Origin: Longimicrobiales bacterium | GTDB taxonomy: Bacteria > Gemmatimonadota > Gemmatimonadetes > Longimicrobiales > Gaopeijiaceae | Direction: 5' to 3' | Assembly (NCBI GenBank): GCA_965248195.1 | Contig: CBDFIQ010000002.1 | Span: forward strand, 1,376,001-1,440,000 | DNA length: 64,000 nucleotides | Part shown: piece after piece, positions 1 through 9,477 of the stretch | Numbering within the stretch: position 1 is the first letter of the stretch | Layout of the letters: every line of letters starts with the position of its first letter | Position numbers and translations under genes: made by a program | Notes under the pieces: generated by a model | Seen by the model: only the letters and a program-made list of their open reading frames with translations | Database searches by the model: none | What the model was told of the DNA's origin: nothing

Positions 1-358
1 GGGTGGCGAGGCCAGCGAGGGGGCTCGGGTCGCGGCCGAGTCGGACGGACTCAGCCTGGAGGGACATCGGACCACGCCGTTGGACACGGAGTTGGTGGCC
101 TGGGCCAGCCTTATCCTGACCATGGGACCGCACCACGCTGATGCCGTGGAGGCCCTCGGGGGCGGTGGCAAGGTGTGGATGCTGTCCGACTTTTCCGAGG
201 GAGGTGAGGGTCCCGGCGGGCCTGGGGTGCCCGACCCATTCGGAGGAGACGCTCACGCCTACAGGGAGTGTCTGGAGGCGCTCGACGATTTGGTAGAGGC
301 CGCGCTCGGACGTGTCGACGCCGATTTCCTCAATCCGAAAGACGAGGCCGCTCCATGA
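1..358 (+). CDS. Low-molecular-weight protein arginine/tyrosine phosphatase, 3' part (5'-truncated by window)
   Basis: Frame is open from the window edge. Contains the LILTM...H segment and VPDPFGG (DP.GG) motif of LMW-PTPs. Stop overlaps the aroE start (ATGA). Confidence 0.8.
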   Translation, partial: GGEASEGARVAAESDGLSLEGHRTTPLDTELVAWASLILTMGPHHADAVEALGGGGKVWMLSDFSEGGEGPGGPGVPDPFGGDAHAYRECLEALDDLVEAALGRVDADFLNPKDEAAP

Positions 359-1202
359 GCCCTCTGACGGCCCAAACTCGGGTGTTTGCGATCTTGGGTG
401 ATCCGGTTGAGCACTCGCTTTCGCCGGTGATTCAGAACGCGGCTTTTCGGGAGGCCGGGATCGATGGGGTGTACGTGGCGCTTCACTGTGACGCCGAACG
501 CATGGTCGGCTGCATGGCGGCGCTCGGCGGGGCCGGGGGCGGAGGGAACGTCACGCTTCCGCATAAGGAAAAGGCCGCTTCCATCCTCGACAAAGCGTGC
601 GAGGCGGTCCGTCGCACGGGGGCGTGCAACACGTTTTGGGGCGAGGACGGAAAACTTTGTGGGGACAACACCGACGTCGAGGGCTTCGGGCGAGCGCTGC
701 GGCACTTTCTCGGTGGTGGCCCGGCGGGCTACCGGGTGCTCCTGCTCGGGGCAGGAGGCGCGGCGCGTGCGGCGCTGCTCAGCCTCATAGATGACCAGGC
801 CGAGGACGTATTGATCCTCAATCGTACGGTTGAGAGGGCCCGGGCGGTGGCGCGTAGGATCGGTGGGGATCGCGTACGCGTGGCGGAGAGTGGGTCCGAT
901 GTCGATGACGGTGACTTCGATCTGGTCGTGAATACGACCCGCCTCGGGCTCGCCAGTGAAGACGAGCTCCCACTCGACCTCGGGCGCCTCTCACGGGCGG
1001 GTGCCGTGATCGACCTCGTCTATGGCCCCAGCGCTACGCCATTCGTAACAGCCTCCAAACGTCTTGGGATTCCGGCTGTGGATGGCGGGGAGATGCTCGT
1101 GCACCAGGGCGCCGTGTCCTTCGAACGCTGGTGCGGTGAGGCCGCCCCGATCGAGGCGATGAGGCAGGCTTTGGAAGCCGCCCGGTCTGTGCACAGCCGC
1201 GC

Positions 1203-1206
<4 letters not shown>
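355..1206 (+). CDS. aroE: Shikimate dehydrogenase
   Basis: Motifs GDPVEHSLSP, NVTLPHK, GACNT, GDNTD, LLLGAGGAARA, NRT, DG.EMLVHQG. ATG at 355 overlaps the upstream stop. Confidence 0.93.
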
Positions 1207-2995
<1,789 letters not shown>

Positions 2996-2998
2996 TAA

Positions 2999-3301
2999 GG
3001 AGGGTGATCGGCAAGGGGGGTGGGTCGCGCACATGGCGCTTGTGCGCGTTCAGACAAGGAATGACGACGAGGCGTAGCAGAGCTACTCCGAGGAGGAGAG
3101 ACGCAGGATCAACCGCACAACCGCCCTGTGCCCACCACCATGTGGGGCATGATCTTACACGTTGATGGGTTGCGGTGGCACGACCCCATCTCCGTTGTTG
3201 GAGCTCCTAGCCGTAGCGAATGCTATGGCGTCGTCGCTCCGCCTAGGAGCTGGGGCCGTGGCATCCGCAACGCGGCCCACCCCCCTTGCCGATCACCCTC
3301 C
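2999..3301. repeat. Dispersed palindromic (MITE/REPIN-like) element, copy 1
   Basis: 31-bp terminal inverted repeats (2999-3029 / 3271-3301, one T.G pair) flanked by a TAA direct repeat. Internal sequence is homologous to 39133-39538. Confidence 0.85.
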
Positions 3302-3309
3302 TAACCCGG

Positions 3310-4518
3310 ATGGCCAAGAAGACGCTCGGAGAATGTCCCCCGGAGACCCTCGCTGACGAAATCGTGGTGGTTCGGGTCGACTACAACCTCCCGCTCGATC
3401 AACGTGGCGAAGTCGTCGACGATACACGTCTCGTCCGAACCTTGCCCACGATCCAGTATCTTGTCGACGCGGGGGCGAAGGCGGTCCTGCTGTCTCATCT
3501 GGGCCGACCCGGGGGGCAACCGGACCCGGCGCTCTCCCTCCGTCCGGTGGCCGGAAAGCTCGAAGAAGCTCTCGGGTCTCCGGTGGGCTTTTGCCCTGCG
3601 ACGACGGGCCCCCTCGCACGTGACGCCGTTCAGGGAATGGAGACCGGAGATGTCCTCCTCCTCGAGAACACCCGCTTCTGCTCCGAGGACACACGAAACG
3701 ACCCGCAGTGGGCGGAGGAGATCCGTTACGGGTCGAAGCTCTTCGTCAATGACGCCTTTGGAACCGCCCACCGCACGCATGCTTCTACCAAGGGAGTCGC
3801 CGACGCCGTACGGGCGGGTGGGGGAGAGGCGGTGGCCGGGTTTCTGTTGGAAAAGGAGCTCCGTTTCCTTGGCGATGCCATGGCCGACCCGGAGCATCCC
3901 TTCGTAGCGGTAATCGGTGGGGCGAAGATTTCCAGCAAGATAGACGTGATCGAGGCGTTGCTTCCCGCCGTGGACCGGCTACTCATCGGTGGGGCCATGG
4001 CCAACACCTTTTTCAAAGCGCATGGTTGGGCCGTAGGCGATTCTCTCGTGGAAGAAGACCGGATCGATACGGCGCGCTCATTGATGGATTTGGCCGGAGG
4101 CAAACTTCTATTGCCGCTGGACGTGGTCACGGCACCGTGCCTCACGCCGGGTGCGACCACCCGTGTGTCCGCGTGCGACGAGGTAAGGGAGGGCGAACGC
4201 ATCGGGGATATCGGGCCACACACGGTGAAATTTTTCGCCGATGCCCTGGGTGGGGCCCGCACGGTAATATGGAGTGGACCGATGGGCGTTTTCGAGCTGG
4301 CGCCGTTCCAGGCGGGCACATTCGAAGTCGCGCGCGCTGCCGCCTCGACGGCCGATGGGGGCGCAACGGTCATCGTCGGGGGAGGGGATTCCGCGGCGGC
4401 CGCGGTTGCTGCGGGGGTCGTCGATCGCATCACCCACATCTCGACGGGTGGCGGCGCTTCCCTCGAACTCCTCTCCGGCAAGGAATTACCTGGTGTCGCG
4501 GCCCTGTCGGACCGTTAG
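3310..4518 (+). CDS. pgk: Phosphoglycerate kinase
   Basis: VRVDYNLP, SHLGRP, LLENTRF, NDAFGTAHR, GGAKISSK, HISTGGGASLE. The ORF-track extension to 3286 lies inside the repeat element, so ATG 3310 was chosen. Confidence 0.96.
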   Translation: MAKKTLGECPPETLADEIVVVRVDYNLPLDQRGEVVDDTRLVRTLPTIQYLVDAGAKAVLLSHLGRPGGQPDPALSLRPVAGKLEEALGSPVGFCPATTGPLARDAVQGMETGDVLLLENTRFCSEDTRNDPQWAEEIRYGSKLFVNDAFGTAHRTHASTKGVADAVRAGGGEAVAGFLLEKELRFLGDAMADPEHPFVAVIGGAKISSKIDVIEALLPAVDRLLIGGAMANTFFKAHGWAVGDSLVEEDRIDTARSLMDLAGGKLLLPLDVVTAPCLTPGATTRVSACDEVREGERIGDIGPHTVKFFADALGGARTVIWSGPMGVFELAPFQAGTFEVARAAASTADGGATVIVGGGDSAAAAVAAGVVDRITHISTGGGASLELLSGKELPGVAALSDR

Positions 4519-4575
4519 GTGATGTTCCCAGAAGTGTTCCGGCCGTTACGATCGTGAATTTCAGGGGGCCATGAC

Positions 4576-5328
4576 GTGAGACCAAAGGTGATCGCCGGAA
4601 ACTGGAAGATGCATCACGGCCCTGCTGCCACCCGCCAGTTTTTTGGCGAGTTTTCTCCCCGGCTTCCCGAGGGGGAGCCGACGATCTTGATTTTTCCCCC
4701 TGCGATCTCCCTTCCGGCGGCGGCCGAGGCGAGAGGGGGGCGTCCCGAGATCAGCCTCGGCATTCAGAATATCCACTGGGAGCCGAAAGGTGCGTTCACG
4801 GGGGAACATTCGGCTGGAATGGCGTTGGCCGCGGGTGCCCGGTTCGCTCTCGTGGGGCACTCGGAGCGGCGGCACGTGTTCGGTGAGACCGACGCGGAGG
4901 TCGAGCGCAAGGTGGCCGCCGCAATAGGTGAAGGCCTGGCCCCCGTGGTGTGTGTTGGAGAGACGCTGGACGAGCGGCAGGAGGGGCGGGTGAACGACGT
5001 GATCGTCCGCCAGTTGGATGCCGCTCTGCTCGGCGTTCCCGAAGACGTGAGGAAGCCGGTTCTCGTGGCCTACGAGCCGGTTTGGGCGATCGGCACCGGA
5101 GAGACCGCGACTGTGGAGGACGTTGCCGAAGCGCATGGTATGCTTCGCCGCCGCTTGAAAGAGGTTCGGGGCGATGGCTTCGCGCACGAGGTGGCCATCC
5201 TTTACGGGGGGAGCGTGAAGCCGGATAACGCGGCCGAACTCCTTGCGGTCACCGATGTCGACGGAGTTCTCGTGGGTGGAGCGAGCCTCGATCCTGAAAG
5301 CTTCGCGAGAATCGTGGAAGCCTGCTGA
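4576..5328 (+). CDS. tpiA: Triosephosphate isomerase
   Basis: AGNWKM, GHSERR, AYEPVWAIGTG, YGGSV, VGGASL. Confidence 0.97.
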   Translation: MRPKVIAGNWKMHHGPAATRQFFGEFSPRLPEGEPTILIFPPAISLPAAAEARGGRPEISLGIQNIHWEPKGAFTGEHSAGMALAAGARFALVGHSERRHVFGETDAEVERKVAAAIGEGLAPVVCVGETLDERQEGRVNDVIVRQLDAALLGVPEDVRKPVLVAYEPVWAIGTGETATVEDVAEAHGMLRRRLKEVRGDGFAHEVAILYGGSVKPDNAAELLAVTDVDGVLVGGASLDPESFARIVEAC

Positions 5329-5410
5329 TTGCAAGGGTTTTCGGGTTGACACCCCAAAGTGACACGGCGACGTTTAGCCATTATTCCAAACTCTGGACGA
5401 TGGGCGATTC

Positions 5411-5794
5411 ATGTACGCTATCTTGCTGGCAGTCCTGATTCTGGACGGCATTTTTCTCGGCGTTGTGGTCCTTCTGCAATCTGGGAAGGGCGGGGGGCTA
5501 GCGGCGATGGGCGGCGGCGCCGCCGCCACGGACGGAATCCTGGGTGGACGCCAGGCCACGACCATGCTCACGAGGGCCACGTGGATCACCGGAGGGACCT
5601 TCATGGCGTTGTCTCTGGTCCTCTCCATCATGTCGTCGCGTACACAATTGCCGCAGTCGATTCTGCGGCAGGACCTGGCGCCCACCGCGCCGGCCGCTCA
5701 ACCGATTCTGCCCACGTTGGATCAGCCAGGAGATGCGGGTGACGGATCTGGAGCGCCGAGCGATGCTCCCTCAGGCGGCGACGGGAACGACTGA
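5411..5794 (+). CDS. secG: Preprotein translocase subunit SecG
   Basis: Two TM helices, VLLQSGKGGGL motif, conserved position after tpiA. Confidence 0.92.
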   Translation: MYAILLAVLILDGIFLGVVVLLQSGKGGGLAAMGGGAAATDGILGGRQATTMLTRATWITGGTFMALSLVLSIMSSRTQLPQSILRQDLAPTAPAAQPILPTLDQPGDAGDGSGAPSDAPSGGDGND

Positions 5795-5808
5795 CCGGGC
5801 GAACTGAT

Positions 5809-7194
5809 ATGGCCCGCATCGAAGTTTCCATGCCCCAGATGGGCGAGTCTATCGCCGAGGGTACGATATCGAAGTGGCTGAAGCAGCTCGGCGATCCGGT
5901 CGAGAGAGACGAGCTGATTCTGGAGATCTCGACGGACAAGGTGGACGCTGAGATTCCGGCACCGGAGTCGGGCACGCTCGTGGAAGTCCGAATCCAGGAG
6001 GGCGAGACCGTCGAAATCGGTACGGTCCTGGCCTATATCGACACCGGGGCGGATGGCCGCGTGGCTGACGAGGATAATGCGATCGGCGCCCCCGACGGCC
6101 TGGAGCCGGGCGCGGGACCTTCGGACGCCTCCACAAAGCCGTTAGGCACTGAAGCTCCGTCATCCGATGGCCACGCGGCTCAGGCCGCCCCCCAAGAAAG
6201 CGTGCAAACGACGGCGGAGGTGCAGGTACAAACCCGCTCGACTCCTGTGGTGAGGAAGATCGCTGCGGAACATGGTATCGCGATCGCGGATGTGCCGGGT
6301 ACCGGCCAGGCAGGCCGGGTAACCAAACAGGACATCCTCGGCTTCATTGAGAACGGCCTGGCAAAGGCGCCCGTGGTGACCTCGGCGTCGGGTCAGGCGG
6401 CGCCGACCGCCCCCGCGGTTTCTGGGTCGTCGTCGGAGTTGTGGTCGGCCTTCTATGGGGAGGTGCGACACCCGGACTTCCCTGTGCGGAAGGGTGACCA
6501 GGTCGAGCCGATGGACAAGATCCGTCGCCTCACTGCGGAGCACATGGTTCTAGCGAAAAGGGTCGCTTCCCATGTGCACTCCTTCATCGAGATCGATTTT
6601 TCCCAGGTGGCCCACGTCCGCGTGGCCCGCAAGGGACAGTGGGCAGACCAAGGAGTGCGGGTGAGCTTTACCGCGTTCGTCGTGTGGGCGTGCTCGCGGT
6701 TACTGCGCAAGTATCCAGCGATCAATGGCACGGTCTCGGGCAACAACATCATCCATCGAGGCAGTGTGAATATCGGGATCGCCGTAGACCTCGATCCCGG
6801 CCTAATCGTGCCGGTAATACACGACACGGACGAGCTCAGCCTCGTAGGGATCGCTAAGAAGATCATCGATCTTGCCGTTCGCGCTCGGTCTCGGAAGCTG
6901 GCTCCCGCAGAAATTCAAGGAGCGACGTTTTCTATCACCAACCCTGGGGTCCTCGGTACCTTGGTCGGTATGCCTATAATTCCCTTGGGCACGGCGGCAA
7001 TCCTCGGCACCGGGGCGATCGAGAAGCGGCCCGTGGTCGTCGAGGATCCGCTGACCGGCACGGACGCGATCGCGATTCGGAAGCGGTCGCTGTTTTCTCT
7101 CGCGTACGACCATCGGCTCGTCGACGGGGCGGACGCCGCACGTTTCCTCGCGGAGCTGAAGGCTCTTCTGGGGGACTTCCCCGAGGACGCCTAG
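5809..7194 (+). CDS. 2-oxoacid dehydrogenase E2 (dihydrolipoamide acyltransferase)
   Basis: Lipoyl domain (MPQMGESI...STDKV), E3-binding domain (TPVVRKIA...GTG..GRVTKQD), catalytic DHRLVDG. Confidence 0.92.
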   Translation: MARIEVSMPQMGESIAEGTISKWLKQLGDPVERDELILEISTDKVDAEIPAPESGTLVEVRIQEGETVEIGTVLAYIDTGADGRVADEDNAIGAPDGLEPGAGPSDASTKPLGTEAPSSDGHAAQAAPQESVQTTAEVQVQTRSTPVVRKIAAEHGIAIADVPGTGQAGRVTKQDILGFIENGLAKAPVVTSASGQAAPTAPAVSGSSSELWSAFYGEVRHPDFPVRKGDQVEPMDKIRRLTAEHMVLAKRVASHVHSFIEIDFSQVAHVRVARKGQWADQGVRVSFTAFVVWACSRLLRKYPAINGTVSGNNIIHRGSVNIGIAVDLDPGLIVPVIHDTDELSLVGIAKKIIDLAVRARSRKLAPAEIQGATFSITNPGVLGTLVGMPIIPLGTAAILGTGAIEKRPVVVEDPLTGTDAIAIRKRSLFSLAYDHRLVDGADAARFLAELKALLGDFPEDA

Positions 7195-7253
7195 CGCCTC
7201 GGCACTCTCGGTGGCTCGCGAACTTCTGGGACGCCATACTGGAAGACCTCGAA

Positions 7254-7937
7254 ATGCATCCGTCCATACAGTACACGAATGACGCGACAGCGCTGGAGGT
7301 ACGGGATCTGGGCTTGATTCCGTACGCAGAGGCGCTTGCCCTTCAGGCGGACTTGGTCGTTCGCCGGCGAAAGGGCGACATACCGGACCAACTGTTGCTC
7401 CTTCAGCACCCACACATCATCACCCTCGGCACGGCATCCTCACGTTCTAACGTTCTCGCCGACGAATCGAAGCGCCGGCACCTCGGCATCGATCTCATCG
7501 ACGTGGGGAGGGGGGGCGACGTCACCTATCATGGACCTGGGCAACTCGTGGCGTACCCCATCCTCGATCTGAAGCCGGATCGGAAGGACGTTCACCGGTA
7601 CCTGCGGGACCTCGAGTCCGTGCTCGTACGCACTCTCGACGAGGTCGGCATCCGAGGGGAGCCCGTCCCTGACCTCACGGGCGTGTGGGTGGACGGTCGC
7701 AAGATCGCGGCGATCGGGGTGCGAGTATCGAGTGGTTGGATCACGTCGCACGGATTCGCGCTGAACGTGTCGACCGATCTTTCCTACTTCGAGACCATCG
7801 TCCCGTGTGGTATCCGGGAGGTGTCGATAACGTCTGTTTCCCAGGAGCTGGGGCGGCCGGTGGATGTCACCGATATCCTCGAGATCATCTCCGAGGCCTT
7901 CTCGGAAATTTTCGACCGCTCCATTTCCGGCAGCTGA
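7254..7937 (+). CDS. lipB: Lipoyl(octanoyl) transferase
   Basis: RGGDVTYHGPGQLVAYPI, KIAAIG, HGFALNV, IVPCG. Confidence 0.95.
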   Translation: MHPSIQYTNDATALEVRDLGLIPYAEALALQADLVVRRRKGDIPDQLLLLQHPHIITLGTASSRSNVLADESKRRHLGIDLIDVGRGGDVTYHGPGQLVAYPILDLKPDRKDVHRYLRDLESVLVRTLDEVGIRGEPVPDLTGVWVDGRKIAAIGVRVSSGWITSHGFALNVSTDLSYFETIVPCGIREVSITSVSQELGRPVDVTDILEIISEAFSEIFDRSISGS

Positions 7938-8231
7938 AGCGGAGCCTGCTGGCCCGTCATCGCTGAGACCCGTCATTAGCCCCTCGAACGATGTTGGCGG
8001 GCCAACAAATAGACACCCCGCCGCGGTGCGGTTGGCGTCTTCTGTCTCCCGTTCTTTTCCGAATTTCAGGGGCTAAGAGTCCGCATTTTTCCTCACACGT
8101 ACCCGTCGAAACGAGCTGTCTCTGAACCCACGCCATGATATAGAAAATACATTAGAATAAACCGGTAACATGGTATTTCATAACGACATACATCATAATG
8201 ATAGAAACGAATTCATTATGGGCCCACAAGC

Positions 8232-8260
8232 TTGACCTGGGTCCTCGGGGTCGCCATACT
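8232..8260 (+). promoter_or_regulatory. Sigma70-type promoter for the candidate ncRNA
   Basis: TTGACC-N17-CATACT, preceded by an AT-rich tract with the inverted repeat CATAATGA-N11-TCATTATG (8194-8220). Confidence 0.6.
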
Positions 8261-8265
8261 TGTCG

Positions 8266-8615
8266 TGCGTTTCCGACGTGGTTCGCTGATTCGATGGCGT
8301 TGGTCATCCCTTCATGCGATTCGCGAAACGTGATTCACCGGGCGGGACGTCGCAGCGGTGGAAGCTCGTCGAGGAATTGGAGCTCGGTGAGCCGATGGAG
8401 GAGTCGTTGGTCTCCGTCGAAACCTCCGGAGCTCGGAGGGCTCAGGATCGCTACCACGCGAGAATGGGTTAAAAGGGAAGCTGAGTTCGCTACCTGAAGG
8501 AAGGTGAGCCGCAAGGTGAGCCAAAGATCAGGTGGGCGTCCAAGCAAGACGAAGCTTCTACCAACGAAACTGAAGCCCTCGGGACGGCTTGCCGTACCGG
8601 GGGCTTCTTTTTTTT
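8266..8615 (+). ncRNA. Candidate large structured non-coding RNA (family unassigned; possibly an expanded 6S-like RNA)
   Basis: Bounded by a promoter and an intrinsic terminator, with no credible ORF. Closing stem CGTTGGT/ACCAACG, many nested helices, a GCAA tetraloop. Confidence 0.65.
8572..8615 (+). terminator. Rho-independent terminator
   Basis: Hairpin GAAGCCCTCGGGACGGC-TT-GCCGTACCGGGGGCTTC followed by T8 on the + strand. Confidence 0.88.
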
Positions 8616-8676
8616 GACCGGTTAATCGGCGAACTTCGCTCCCGCCGGTTCTGCGCCGACCTTCTGACGCCGGACA

Positions 8677-9261
8677 CTAACGTGGCGGTGCTAGTTCCAG
8701 ATAGTCGCTGTAGCGGCCTCGCCGGTTCCGCTGGTCGTCCAGCCAGGTGCCGAACCCGCTCTCGACCAGCCCGTTGGAGGAGGCGCCCTCCTGCGCGGCT
8801 GCGGTCGCGAGATGATCGGCGTATTCGTTCTGCGGATGCTCCGCGTGACCTCGCACCCAGGTCCATTCGATATGGTGCCTGCTCGCCACCCGATCCAACT
8901 CTTTCCAAAGCTCGAGGTTCTCGATTTTTCCGCCCTTCCGTTTCCAACCTCGAGCTTTCCACCCGCCGAGCCACTCCGTCATGCCCTTGACCAGGTACTG
9001 GCTGTCCGACACGAACCGAACTTCACACCCCCTCTTGCGGAGCAAGCCCAGTCCCACGATCGCGCTGCGCAGGGCCATACGGTTGTTGGTCGTGTCCGGT
9101 TCGGAGATCCAATAATCCCGACGTATCCACCGGTCCCCCGTCCAGTACTCCATCATTCCGGCCGCGCCCCCGGGGTTGGCCCGTCCCTGAAACTGGTTCC
9201 CCAGACAAGACTCGTCGGCGAAGATGGCCACCCCGAGAGATTCGATCATGGATTCAGTCAT
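8677..9261 (-). CDS. rnhA: Ribonuclease HI
   Basis: ADESCLGN..NPGG, TTNNRMAL, SDSQYLVKG, WKARGWK, WVRGHAEHPQNEYAD. Confidence 0.9.
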   Translation of the reverse strand: MTESMIESLGVAIFADESCLGNQFQGRANPGGAAGMMEYWTGDRWIRRDYWISEPDTTNNRMALRSAIVGLGLLRKRGCEVRFVSDSQYLVKGMTEWLGGWKARGWKRKGGKIENLELWKELDRVASRHHIEWTWVRGHAEHPQNEYADHLATAAAQEGASSNGLVESGFGTWLDDQRNRRGRYSDYLELAPPR

Positions 9262-9277
9262 AATCAGTGATGGGATT

Positions 9278-9323
9278 CATGCTCGGGATTGTCGGGAAAG
9301 CATGCTCGGGATTGTCGGGAAAG
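9278..9323. repeat. Perfect 23-bp tandem duplication
   Basis: CATGCTCGGGATTGTCGGGAAAG x2 in the rnhA/carA divergent intergenic region. Confidence 0.9.
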
Positions 9324-9477
9324 GTAGGGCAGTGAGGAAACGGATGGAACGTCCCGGCTCGCTCGCTTGACTCGATTCCACTCGATCCTAAATTTCCGCC
9401 GGCCGAAGCCGATTCGTTCTTCCACACGAACAGCGGATCTTGCTATTCCTTCCACAGGCGTGGAGCCACCGGCTGGT

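Noticed and set aside
3162..3356. Similar peptides (LLE.LA.A.AMASSLRLGA) in ORFs at 3162 and 39357
   Set aside because: The similarity reflects the shared non-coding repeat; starts, lengths and flanks are not conserved between copies.
8170..8220. dif (XerCD) site or replication origin
   Set aside because: CATAA...TTATG spacing does not fit the 28-bp dif architecture, and no DnaA-box cluster was seen.
8466..8500. Cobalamin riboswitch (TAAAAGGGAAG resemblance)
   Set aside because: It lacks the downstream GGTG..A.TCC / CCC.C.ACTGT core and B12 box, and no co-oriented gene follows the terminator.
8198..8547. Short ORFs 8198-8497 (+), 8312-8524 (-), 8335-8547 (-)
   Set aside because: No RBS or recognisable motifs; the + ORF starts upstream of the predicted promoter; the region is better explained as structured RNA.
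8266..8615. tmRNA, RNase P RNA, SRP RNA or T-box
   Set aside because: No tRNA-like GGGG...CCACCA ends, no GAGGAAAGUCC, no GGAAGGAAGCAG-type SRP loop, and no T-box antiterminator on either strand.
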